DNA from: Nitrospirota bacterium | Lineage (GTDB): Bacteria; Nitrospirota; UBA9217 | Assembly (NCBI GenBank): GCA_963754875.1 | Contig: CAVWHO010000022.1 | Coordinates: forward strand, 32,001-96,000 | DNA: 64,000 nt | Direction: 5' to 3' | Shown: positions 10,052 to 18,196 of the stretch, piece after piece | How positions within the stretch are numbered: position 1 is the stretch's first letter | Layout of the letters: each line of letters opens with the position of its first letter | Notes under the pieces: model-generated | Seen by the model: only the letters and a program-made list of their open reading frames with translations | Told to the model about the DNA's origin: nothing | Databases searched by the model: none | Made by a program: the position numbers and the translations under genes

Positions 10052-11182
10052 TTATTTTTTCTGAGATTTTATATTTTCTATCGCCGATTCTAGTAACTTT
10101 ACCATCCGCATTTTATCATCTTGCAGTTTCTTTTCAAATTCGTCCTTCCTCGAGCTATTTTTTAACCACGGATACGAGGTAGGAAGTACTTTTGCTGCAG
10201 CCAATGCAAGCGAGAGCTCCTTTAACGTCTTTTGCGTATCGCCTTTACCATCATAAGCACTCGCCACTGCTCCCCGAATATAAACTTCGGTTAAAGGTTC
10301 AATGTTCTTCTCAGTAATTAGAGAACTATAGAATTTTATTGCTCGCTCGAAATCGCCTGAATCTTTATAGCAGGAATTCAACATAGGAAAATAATAGGAA
10401 AAGTTAACAGAGGGGTCTAGCTTGATGACACTCTCATAAATGACTACTGATTTTCTGCAATCCGGCTTTATCTTAGCATATACTCGAGCAAGGTTTTCCA
10501 ACGATTCCCTGTCATCATGATAATTCTGAACTCGTCTTTCTAACCAATCGGCATAAGCTTTATCCTGGCTTTCCACCGAAGGTTCGTTTGTAGGAGTAAG
10601 GCCTTGAATGAACCAATCGACATCAGCTGCTTTATCAAGGACAGCAATTTGCGCAGATCGATCGATGGCCTGAAACACCATCGACACTGATATTACTGTC
10701 CGCGATTTAAGGCAAGCAATTCTTTTTTTAATAAGGTTCTGCGTAGCATCATGCACTTTGTCCCATGAAGATTCTTTGAAAGATACGATGATGGAATACT
10801 TCTCGCTGCCGTTGAACAGTGTTTTGTTAACGCAAACAGCAGCGATGTCGTTTCTATCGAAAGCGGGTTTCTTAGATATGAGGTAGGTTTTACCACTTTT
10901 GTCCGATACTGATTCAAATAACGATAAGGACTGTTTCTCAATATTCTCGTCGGCGACAGATGCAAACGAAAAATCAATATTGGCTCCGCCATAACAGTTC
11001 CTTATTAGTGTTTTTTCCCGAGCCGCATCTTCTTTGATGAGCTCAATAAGTTTTACGGGGTCAAATGGAGTACCATCTGTACGCGCGTTCTTTTGTGCGA
11101 TTTGATCCGAAGTTGTGCAGCTAATTATATTCACAAAAAAGAAAATAAAAAGCATTGTCTTCATTACTCTTGATCGTGTCAT
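10052..11182 (-). CDS. Lipoprotein with SecD-like periplasmic head and TPR-like repeats; immunity position of tip 1
   Basis: MKTMLFIFFFVNIISC lipobox-like; helical TPR-like C-half; directly downstream of tip 1. Confidence 0.6.
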   Translation of the reverse strand: MTRSRVMKTMLFIFFFVNIISCTTSDQIAQKNARTDGTPFDPVKLIELIKEDAAREKTLIRNCYGGANIDFSFASVADENIEKQSLSLFESVSDKSGKTYLISKKPAFDRNDIAAVCVNKTLFNGSEKYSIIVSFKESSWDKVHDATQNLIKKRIACLKSRTVISVSMVFQAIDRSAQIAVLDKAADVDWFIQGLTPTNEPSVESQDKAYADWLERRVQNYHDDRESLENLARVYAKIKPDCRKSVVIYESVIKLDPSVNFSYYFPMLNSCYKDSGDFERAIKFYSSLITEKNIEPLTEVYIRGAVASAYDGKGDTQKTLKELSLALAAAKVLPTSYPWLKNSSRKDEFEKKLQDDKMRMVKLLESAIENIKSQKK

Positions 11183-11247
11183 TGTTTATTCACCCCTTAT
11201 TTCCTAGGTCCTGACGTCATTCTGATCCTTCCAAGAGCAACATACTC

Positions 11248-11829
11248 TTATAAGTGACATGAGCAATTTCCAGATAGTGTGTATGGCCCATATGCTAAAA
11301 TGTTAGGATCTAGATTGCCAGATGTCCATGCCGATACGGAAATAAATTTGAGTGGTACTTTTGATATATACACACCATAGTCACCGCTTTTGCCGCACTC
11401 AAGCGTTGATTTTATATTATTAACGGCGTTTATAACTTGACCACCTACCTTCGTAGCAAGCATAAAATCGCCAAACGCTTCCAGGTTTTCTATTAAGCTT
11501 CCAAGATCTGGTCCTTCAGTCAATCCTAAAGGATCCATACGTCTGATCGGATTATTTCCCACGTACGGGAAAAGACTATTCATTCCTCCAATCAACCCCA
11601 TCGGATCAGACTCTATGTATCTCCCGATCACCGGATTATAGTCCCTGTAATAATTATAATTCAGCCCCGTCTCAACATCGTAATACTGTCCAGGGAAGCG
11701 GAGATTGTTTGTGATGGTATTGGTGGTGATGTTGACTTCACCGAACGGTTTGTAATCCGCAGCCCAGACAACAACCCCAGAAGAGTCCGTCATCTTCTGC
11801 GGAGTACCTAAATGATCTGTGTGGATCAT
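11248..11829 (-). CDS. Orphan Rhs C-terminal cassette (tip 1)
   Basis: IHTDHLGTPQKMTD..RFPGQYYD.ETGL.YNYYRDY.P..GRY..DP..DPLGL followed by a unique tip. Confidence 0.9.
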   Translation of the reverse strand: MIHTDHLGTPQKMTDSSGVVVWAADYKPFGEVNITTNTITNNLRFPGQYYDVETGLNYNYYRDYNPVIGRYIESDPMGLIGGMNSLFPYVGNNPIRRMDPLGLTEGPDLGSLIENLEAFGDFMLATKVGGQVINAVNNIKSTLECGKSGDYGVYISKVPLKFISVSAWTSGNLDPNILAYGPYTLSGNCSCHL

Positions 11830-11987
11830 CCCATACCGCGACTTCAGCGCATAAGGGAAAAACGCTGTATCTATGCGGTCTTGCGAGCATAACATCCTCT
11901 TACGCCACGCCCCGTTTTCTGACACTTTTCTTGCATATCATAAGTGTAGTTGGCCCATTTAATCATTGATTACAGAGCAAGTCAAGC
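11812..11987. repeat. Rhs-cassette junction repeat B
   Basis: ATGATCTGTGTGGATCAT at 11812; CATAAG at 11850; arm aligns with copy A through CAAGTCAAGC. Confidence 0.9.
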
Positions 11988-11999
11988 GATTATCAATAA

Positions 12000-12191
12000 G
12001 TGAGCGTTATCTGTCGCAGCGTGTCGACTCATGAGTTGGTGGGATTGGAGATCGGTGATAGCGGAAATAAAGAAACCCGCCTCTGGCGGCGGTTCAGCCA
12101 GGTGGAAAAGCTGCCGCCGCCGAAGCGTAAGCAGATCGTGCAGATTCTCGATGCCTTCCTGGGAAGTGAGAAGGCGAAGAAGGTTGGATAA
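12000..12191 (+). pseudogene. 3' remnant of an XRE repressor
   Basis: ..THELVG..RLWRRFSQVEKLPPPKRKQIVQILDAFL, HTH N-terminus missing; same position relative to the repeat as the intact 9075 gene. Confidence 0.6.
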
Positions 12192-12204
12192 GATACCATG
12201 CCAC

Positions 12205-12495
12205 CTATGGTCGATTTTTATCCTGATTAAACGGTTTATAAAAATAGGTGTAAAGAATAGCAATGATGATAGAAGCTATCATTGTCCGATAGATCCATTT
12301 TAATTGCGAGTCCTCTTGTTCAGTTAAATAAACGATCGTACCATGAATATTCAGAGGATAGGTTCTTTGAATGTCAGCCTGTGGCTGCCCAGGCCGCGTG
12401 TACGCGTAATGATAGTTTAAATATACATATAACCCCAGGGATACAAATATCACTGTCACAATTACGAACGCTATAGCTTTTTTGTACTTTCTCAT
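12205..12495 (-). CDS. Small 2-TM membrane protein, putative immunity for tip 2
   Basis: Two hydrophobic helices; immediately downstream of tip 2. Confidence 0.6.
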   Translation of the reverse strand: MRKYKKAIAFVIVTVIFVSLGLYVYLNYHYAYTRPGQPQADIQRTYPLNIHGTIVYLTEQEDSQLKWIYRTMIASIIIAILYTYFYKPFNQDKNRP

Positions 12496-12530
12496 GGGAA
12501 AACTCCATTGACGCAGTTTCACGAAGTTTA

Positions 12531-13265
12531 CTAATGACACGATGCGGTTCCAACAGGAGGAGAAGCGCCATTTGGATTTCCGAACACATTAAATAGCGGT
12601 GTAATATTCGTTCCTGTTATTGTTGTTGAACCACCAGCACTTAGGCCAGGACCGACTGTCACACCTCCGCCATGAACAGTTCCATTAGGGCTACTACCGG
12701 TAAAAGCGTCCCCCGAAGCATTTGGACCCCAGCCACCTCCGAGACTTACTTGATTAAATGGACCGGATAAATCATTAATGGTCTGAGCATTTGAACCACT
12801 TACACTTACCCCACCCGAAACACCGCCACCGGCACCCGCGCCGCCACCTCCGGTTGTATAAACACCTATATTGCCCGATCCATCAAAGGCGATGCCAGCC
12901 GAACCTGTAAAGGTAAATGGACCCACCTGTCCGGTTACAGTTATGCCGACTTGCACGGTAGTTAACCCCAACGGATCAATAAATCTGACTGGGTTATTTC
13001 CTACATAGCGGTAGAGGTTAATTCCGCCTCTTAAGCCAATTCTGTCAGCTTCGTTGTACCTGCCGGTATTTGTGTTCAAGCCCCTGAAGTAATTGTAGAG
13101 CGAGCCCGTCTCTGCATCGAAGTACTGACCTATGCCACGTAGGTTGTTCGTGATCGAACTGGTGATATTGTATGCTTCCCCGAATGGTTTAAAATCCGCG
13201 GACCACTGAACCGTCCCGTTTGAGTCCGTCATCTTCTGGGGAGTGTCAAGATGATCTGTGTGGAT
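12531..13265 (-). CDS. Orphan Rhs C-terminal cassette (tip 2, Gly-rich); no native start
   Basis: IHTDHLDTPQKMTD..GQYFDAETG..IDPLGL followed by a Gly/Val/Thr-rich tip. Confidence 0.9.
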   Translation of the reverse strand: MHTDHLDTPQKMTDSNGTVQWSADFKPFGEAYNITSSITNNLRGIGQYFDAETGSLYNYFRGLNTNTGRYNEADRIGLRGGINLYRYVGNNPVRFIDPLGLTTVQVGITVTGQVGPFTFTGSAGIAFDGSGNIGVYTTGGGGAGAGGGVSGGVSVSGSNAQTINDLSGPFNQVSLGGGWGPNASGDAFTGSSPNGTVHGGGVTVGPGLSAGGSTTITGTNITPLFNVFGNPNGASPPVGTASCH

Positions 13266-13388
13266 CAGCCCGTACCGCGTCACCGACCTTTAAAGGAAAA
13301 ACCCTTTAATAATGATGTGGTCTTCAGTGATATACAACCTCCTATGACACCACTCTTTTTTCGACACTTTTTTTAGCAATCATAAGTA
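13251..13388. repeat. Rhs-cassette junction repeat C (more diverged, truncated)
   Basis: ATGATCTGTGTGGATCA at 13251; GGAAAAAC, GACACTTTT, ATCATAAGT. Confidence 0.8.
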
Positions 13389-14044
13389 TCGGTGCTGGCG
13401 GTTAAGCCAAGTGGCGAAACGACGCCACCGAAGCGTAAACATCGCGTAGATCCTTGATGTGTTTCTGGGAAGTGACAAGGCGAAGAAGGCCGGTTGAAAG
13501 ACTGCGGTTCCTTCGGTCGGCCTTCTGCTTGAACATTATGAACACAATGAACACGAAAATCAGCGGCGTCGTTTTCTGCCGTTGGCTTGTTTGATTTGTC
13601 GGGCACGATGTTCCTTAATGATAATAGATAGTCGATAAAAAAGATCACAAGACTAAAAAATGAAAAAAGGATGCAGGTGCCCCATATAGCGCCGATGGAT
13701 TTTTGACAAGAATTTCCAGGATCTTTGGGATCGTAGAGAATGTCTATTGCTTGGCCTTCTTTGTAAACGCCGAATGGGTTTAGTTTTAAAAGTTCATATT
13801 CATTTCCAGTTGCATTATAAAACTTAATAATCGGAAAATTCGAAATATATGTGTCCCGCCACCCCCCGCGTCCACCTTCTATATTGTATGTAACTGGCTG
13901 ACTTCTAAACCCTTTCACGATCGCAACGGTAGGGATAGCCGCTCTCAGAAATAGAAGAGTCACAAAAAAGTGGTAAGCCGCTATGGTGAGAAATAGCAGC
14001 GCCAAAATGGTAGATGTTTTAACAGTAGCTCCTAAGATTCGCAT
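13373..14044 (-). CDS. DUF3592-like membrane protein (paralogue of 25833-26318)
   Basis: TM..PIIKF..G.EY..GQAIDILYDPKDP..TM pattern. Confidence 0.65.
   Translation of the reverse strand: MRILGATVKTSTILALLFLTIAAYHFFVTLLFLRAAIPTVAIVKGFRSQPVTYNIEGGRGGWRDTYISNFPIIKFYNATGNEYELLKLNPFGVYKEGQAIDILYDPKDPGNSCQKSIGAIWGTCILFSFFSLVIFFIDYLLSLRNIVPDKSNKPTAENDAADFRVHCVHNVQAEGRPKEPQSFNRPSSPCHFPETHQGSTRCLRFGGVVSPLGLTASTDTYDC
13395..13497 (+). pseudogene. Decayed copy of the XRE 3' remnant
   Basis: Nucleotide similarity to 12082-12191 (ccgaagcgtaa..ctgggaagtga.aaggcgaagaag). Confidence 0.55.
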
Positions 14045-14156
14045 TGATGCCCAAACCAACAATTGAGCAGACCTTTCCTCAACATTCCATAATGCGTGCT
14101 GATCCTATCTTTGCGTCTTTAGTCCATTTTTCTCCCGCAACGAGACCCATACACAT

Positions 14157-14609
14157 CTAATGTTCCTTGTGGTTTGCCATTTTTATAAAAAGCCAAATTA
14201 CTCCCATAAATATGAGCGCCGATAAAACCGGCATAATCAAAGCACTTATTTGTGTTCCAAGATCAGGAGCTTTCCAAAAGTTCCATAACCGTGAATTTAG
14301 CGCTAAGAAGATAGCAAGAGCTGGAAAACTATAATAAAAAGCTTCTTTTCTAAAAACATAAAAAAGAAGATAGCCAGAAATTGTCGCCGATATTAACGCT
14401 GAGATTGAAGTAGATATAATATTTAGACATATGGTCAAGATCAAGATAACTATCTCTGACTTTATCGTTGAAGCGCGCAGTGAGATAAAATCAAAGCTCC
14501 AGTTAAACAGTAAATGGTTTACATACCCAAAAACAAATCGGAAGATTAGCCCTATACAAAATGCATAGCACCAGGATATCAATTTATTTTTGCGGATTAG
14601 AGCAACCAT
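14157..14609 (-). CDS. Multi-TM membrane protein, putative immunity for tip 3 (paralogue of 26385-26867)
   Basis: Hydrophobic; start ATG 14609 just after the tip 3 stop. Confidence 0.65.
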   Translation of the reverse strand: MVALIRKNKLISWCYAFCIGLIFRFVFGYVNHLLFNWSFDFISLRASTIKSEIVILILTICLNIISTSISALISATISGYLLFYVFRKEAFYYSFPALAIFLALNSRLWNFWKAPDLGTQISALIMPVLSALIFMGVIWLFIKMANHKEH

Positions 14610-14622
14610 GCTTATCCTCTTA

Positions 14623-15216
14623 TTAATACATGTAGAATATCCACTTCCATTCAAGACAACAATCTTTAGGGGGAGCATGACAAACACCGGGTTCCTGCGG
14701 GCAGGGTTTTGCACAAACCCGCTTGAAGCTCCATATCTGCCCCGTTCTATCTCCCAAATTAAAATCGGTCAGACCGGTAGCAATACTGTTAAGCGATCCT
14801 GCCGCTCCCGCATTACCAGGATAACTGGATGGCCCCGATCCTGAAGTCGCGTCGTCTAATCCTTTTGAGTCAACTCGATTCATGGGACTATTCCTCACAT
14901 AGAGATAATCATGAAGATGGCCAGGAGTCATAACAAAAGCAGAGGGGACAAAATATGTTGCACGGTTGTGGATAAAGGGTAACAACAATGGGTCCGATTC
15001 CAGATAACGCCCAATCACAGGATTGTAGTCCCTATAATAATTGTAATTCAGCCCCGTCTCCGCATCGAAGTACTGCCCCGGGAATCTCAGGTTGTTCGTG
15101 ATCGTTGATGCGGTGACCGTAGCTTCGCCGAATGGTTTGTAGTCAGCAGACCAGACGACCGCGCCGGTTCCGTCCGTCATCTTTTGTGGGGTGCCAAGAT
15201 GATCTGTGTGGATCAT
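14623..15216 (-). CDS. Orphan Rhs C-terminal cassette (tip 3), close paralogue of the currently fused tip
   Basis: MIHTDHLGTP..DSKGLDDATSGSGPSSYPGNAGA shared with the 3' end of 26881-30756. Confidence 0.9.
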   Translation of the reverse strand: MIHTDHLGTPQKMTDGTGAVVWSADYKPFGEATVTASTITNNLRFPGQYFDAETGLNYNYYRDYNPVIGRYLESDPLLLPFIHNRATYFVPSAFVMTPGHLHDYLYVRNSPMNRVDSKGLDDATSGSGPSSYPGNAGAAGSLNSIATGLTDFNLGDRTGQIWSFKRVCAKPCPQEPGVCHAPPKDCCLEWKWIFYMY

Positions 15217-15383
15217 CCCGTCCAGCGGCCTCGGCTCATATGGAAAAAACGCCGTATCTATGCAGTCTTCCGAGCACTATATCCTATTACGACACCTCGC
15301 CGATTAAGCCTCTTTTTTCAAAGATCGTAGGTGTACTTGGATGTGATGGTCTATTAAATCATTGATCAAAACTCAAGTCAAGC
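15199..15383. repeat. Rhs-cassette junction repeat D
   Basis: GATGATC-tgtgtg-GATCATC (7-bp arms); CATATG at 15237; CAAGTCAAGC at end. Confidence 0.9.
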
Positions 15384-15465
15384 GATTAAGTATGTATTGA
15401 CTCTGGAGGGGTGTGAGGAACTAAAAAAATCACGCGAGCATAGTGCTCCGTAATTTTGCAGGAAG

Positions 15466-15852
15466 TTACCATTCCGCTCTAACGGGATACTTCGTGATAC
15501 GAGGATCGGGTGTGAGGATAATGTGCCCGCCAGCAATCGCCTGGCAGACGAGTATTCGGTCGAAGGGGTCTTTGTGATAATCGGGGAGACGGGAAAGCTG
15601 CAATACTGAGGCTTCGTCCAAAGGCAAAGAGTCAATCTCGTGGCGCGTGCGCCACTTCTTGATAAATTCGTGCGCAGGCTCGGGCAACGGTAATTTGCCC
15701 AGTTTGTTTTTGACGATGATCTCCCACGCGGACGCTACGCTTAAGTAAACCTCGTTGCCTGGATCGGAGAAGAGATGACGCGCAGTATCAGATAGCTCAG
15801 GACTGCCAGATGCAATCCACAGGAACGTACAGGTATCCAGAAGAAGGTTCAC
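15466..15852 (-). CDS. vapC: VapC-family PIN toxin
   Basis: LLLDT..LW..SVASAWEI..K..GKL..HKDPFDRILVCQA. Confidence 0.9.
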   Translation of the reverse strand: MNLLLDTCTFLWIASGSPELSDTARHLFSDPGNEVYLSVASAWEIIVKNKLGKLPLPEPAHEFIKKWRTRHEIDSLPLDEASVLQLSRLPDYHKDPFDRILVCQAIAGGHIILTPDPRITKYPVRAEW

Positions 15853-16094
15853 GATTCTTCACCGCGAAACTGGGCAAGTGTTTCCTCGGGCAGATCTTCG
15901 AAGAACGAGGCAGGCACCTTGAATTTCCCTTTTGCCAAGCCGATGGAGCGCGGCTTGTGCCGATGAACCGCGAGCGGACGCAGTTCAGCAACCGGCTGGT
16001 TCCGCCGACACAGCAAGACGGTTTCCCCATGCTCTACTTCTTCGACGTAGTGAGACAAATGAGTTTTGGCTTCGTGCATATTTATTTTTTTCAT
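15849..16094 (-). CDS. Phd/YefM-family antitoxin
   Basis: INMHEAKTHLS..VE.GE.V...RRN.PVAEL; overlaps the toxin start. Confidence 0.9.
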   Translation of the reverse strand: MKKINMHEAKTHLSHYVEEVEHGETVLLCRRNQPVAELRPLAVHRHKPRSIGLAKGKFKVPASFFEDLPEETLAQFRGEES

Positions 16095-16139
16095 GGTTCA
16101 ATACTAACCTAAGTAGTGGACTAAGTCAAGAAGGGATTT

Positions 16140-17072
16140 TCAATCCCGGTCCTTCTCCCTTGGGTGGCATTTGGTGTGGACTTCTTTGAGATCAGCGATA
16201 CTGACTGACGTATAAATCTGGGTCGTTTCGAGTGATGCATGCCCAAGCATCTCCTGGATGTGATGTATGTTGGCCTTGTTTCTGAGCATAAGCGTTGCGC
16301 ACGTGTGCCTGAAGGTATGAGGCGATATATTCTTCTTGATCTTCGTTTTTTTGCCGTAAATCTTCACCAGCTCCCATACCCTGTTTTTTGATAGTTTAGT
16401 CCCGTTAATGGTGAGGAATAGATGATTGTCCGTCGGGTCTTTAACGAGCATGGGTCTTACCGCCTTTACGTAGTTTTCTATGTATCTGCATGCGATCTTG
16501 CCGATCGGGACGACACGGTCCTTGCTTCCTTTTCCACTGTTCACTCTGACGTAGCCCTCGTAATAGTCCACATCCGCAAGCTGCAGGTTAATCAGTTCGT
16601 TCCTTCTGATCCCGGTTGAGTACAAGACCTCGAGGATGGTCCGGTCCCGGTATCCAGTAGCGGTTTTTGTGTTGGGTGCATGGATAACCTTCTTCGCTTC
16701 CGGTCCCGTCAAAATCGAGCGGGGCAGTCTCCTGGGCGTCCTGGCATAGGATATGTCTTTGGCCGGATCGCTCACGAGGTAGTTCTTTTCGACGAGGAAG
16801 CGGAAGAAGCCTTTCAAGGCCTTTAAGGTGTTGTTCTGGTGGAAGACGCTATTTGGTTCCCCCCGGCTGTTGACCATCTCGTAAATGTGAGCCTGGTAAT
16901 CATGTACGATTTCTTTTGCGACCTTGCTGACTTTGGTGACGCCTTGCTCTTCGATCCAAGCGAAGAAGCGGTTAAGAAAATAGATATGTCTCTTGATCGT
17001 TTCGGGGGCATAGTGAATGACCGTAAGGTGCTGGCGGTATGTTTCTTTTAATGTATTAAAGTCGTTATTCAT
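16140..17072 (-). CDS. XerC/D-like tyrosine recombinase 2
   Basis: YSTGIRRNE, GKGSKDR, PHTFRHT, MLGH..TTQIY. Confidence 0.95.
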   Translation of the reverse strand: MNNDFNTLKETYRQHLTVIHYAPETIKRHIYFLNRFFAWIEEQGVTKVSKVAKEIVHDYQAHIYEMVNSRGEPNSVFHQNNTLKALKGFFRFLVEKNYLVSDPAKDISYARTPRRLPRSILTGPEAKKVIHAPNTKTATGYRDRTILEVLYSTGIRRNELINLQLADVDYYEGYVRVNSGKGSKDRVVPIGKIACRYIENYVKAVRPMLVKDPTDNHLFLTINGTKLSKNRVWELVKIYGKKTKIKKNISPHTFRHTCATLMLRNKANIHHIQEMLGHASLETTQIYTSVSIADLKEVHTKCHPREKDRD

Positions 17073-18129
17073 GATGAGGCTGCCCCTTCTTAAACCGGAT
17101 GTCGGGAACAGCGTCTACTCGCTCGTCTTTATCACGTTCTCTCGGATGGCTCATGTCATGGGTCTTCTTTACGTCAACGCCGGCAACGCGGAGGTAGATG
17201 TTCGTTGCGCTTAAGTTCGAGTGACCGAGCATCTTCCGGACTGCGGTGATGTCGGCGCCGTTTCTGACAAGCTCCGTTGCGAACGTATGCCGAAAGGTGT
17301 GGGGCGTCACTTTCTTTGTAATCCCGGCTTTCCTTGCATAGTCTCTCACCATGAGCTCAATCACCTGCTTGGAGAGCGGTCCGTTAAAGCGGCTGACGAA
17401 AAGGTTCTTAACGGCTTTGTTCTTTTTCGTATGTTGTGGACGCACGCGTGTGAAGTAGTCTTTTAAAAACCTTACCGCATGTTTGCCGAGAGGTATAAAT
17501 CTGTCCTTGGAAAATTTGCCTTTAACCCGTATCAGACCGCCCTGGAGATCGCAGTCGAAGATGGTAAGCTTTATCAGCTCTTCAAGCCTGATGCCAGTTG
17601 AGTAGAGGACTTCGAGCATGGCACGGGCACGAATTCCGCTGATAGTGTTTAGCCTCGGCTGTGCTAGGATCCTCCTAACCTCGACTTCGCTCAGGACATT
17701 TCTCGGGAGACGTGTTTCTTTCTTCGGCTCTTTGATGTGCTCAGCCGGGTTGATGAGGATCGTACCGCTGTCTTCGAGGTATTTGAAGAAGCGCTTCATC
17801 GCCCTGGTCTTTGTGCAGATTGTGCCAACGCTGTACTTGTTGTTCGTCCGCGTGCTTGTGTGGTCCATGATCTTGAGCTGGTACGCATGGAGATGATCGC
17901 GGGTAACGCGCTTCACGTCTGTTATGCCACGTTCCTTGAGATAGGCAAACAGGCCAGGGAGGTGTTCGCAGTAAGCCGCAATACTGGCAGGAGAGTAATT
18001 CTTCACCTTCATGTGTTCGGTGAACCTGGAGAGATGATGGTCAAAGCCGTTCATGATTCGCCTCGTTATATATGTATGATCGATGTTTTTCACGCATCCG
18101 GTATATATGCTTTTCTTTAAAACCGCCAA
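17065..18129 (-). CDS. XerC/D-like tyrosine recombinase 1 (true start probably MNGFD)
   Basis: YSTGIRLEE, KGK..KDR, PHTFRHT, MLGH..TNIY. Confidence 0.95.
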   Translation of the reverse strand: MAVLKKSIYTGCVKNIDHTYITRRIMNGFDHHLSRFTEHMKVKNYSPASIAAYCEHLPGLFAYLKERGITDVKRVTRDHLHAYQLKIMDHTSTRTNNKYSVGTICTKTRAMKRFFKYLEDSGTILINPAEHIKEPKKETRLPRNVLSEVEVRRILAQPRLNTISGIRARAMLEVLYSTGIRLEELIKLTIFDCDLQGGLIRVKGKFSKDRFIPLGKHAVRFLKDYFTRVRPQHTKKNKAVKNLFVSRFNGPLSKQVIELMVRDYARKAGITKKVTPHTFRHTFATELVRNGADITAVRKMLGHSNLSATNIYLRVAGVDVKKTHDMSHPRERDKDERVDAVPDIRFKKGQPHHE

Positions 18130-18196
18130 GATGCTGTTCGTAAGTGAGATAATACTATGTTAATTAATAGTTTTTTCTTGATTCATACTTGCACTA

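Noticed and set aside
11880..11910. GCATAA-catcctc-TTACG as a chromosomal dif site
   Set aside because: Only loosely dif-like, poorly conserved across arms and lacking the TTATGTTAAA half; at most an accessory site
16140..18129. Housekeeping xerC/xerD or integron integrase labels
   Set aside because: Tandem pair inside an island beside a primase-like gene; no evident IntI-specific insertion or attC sites
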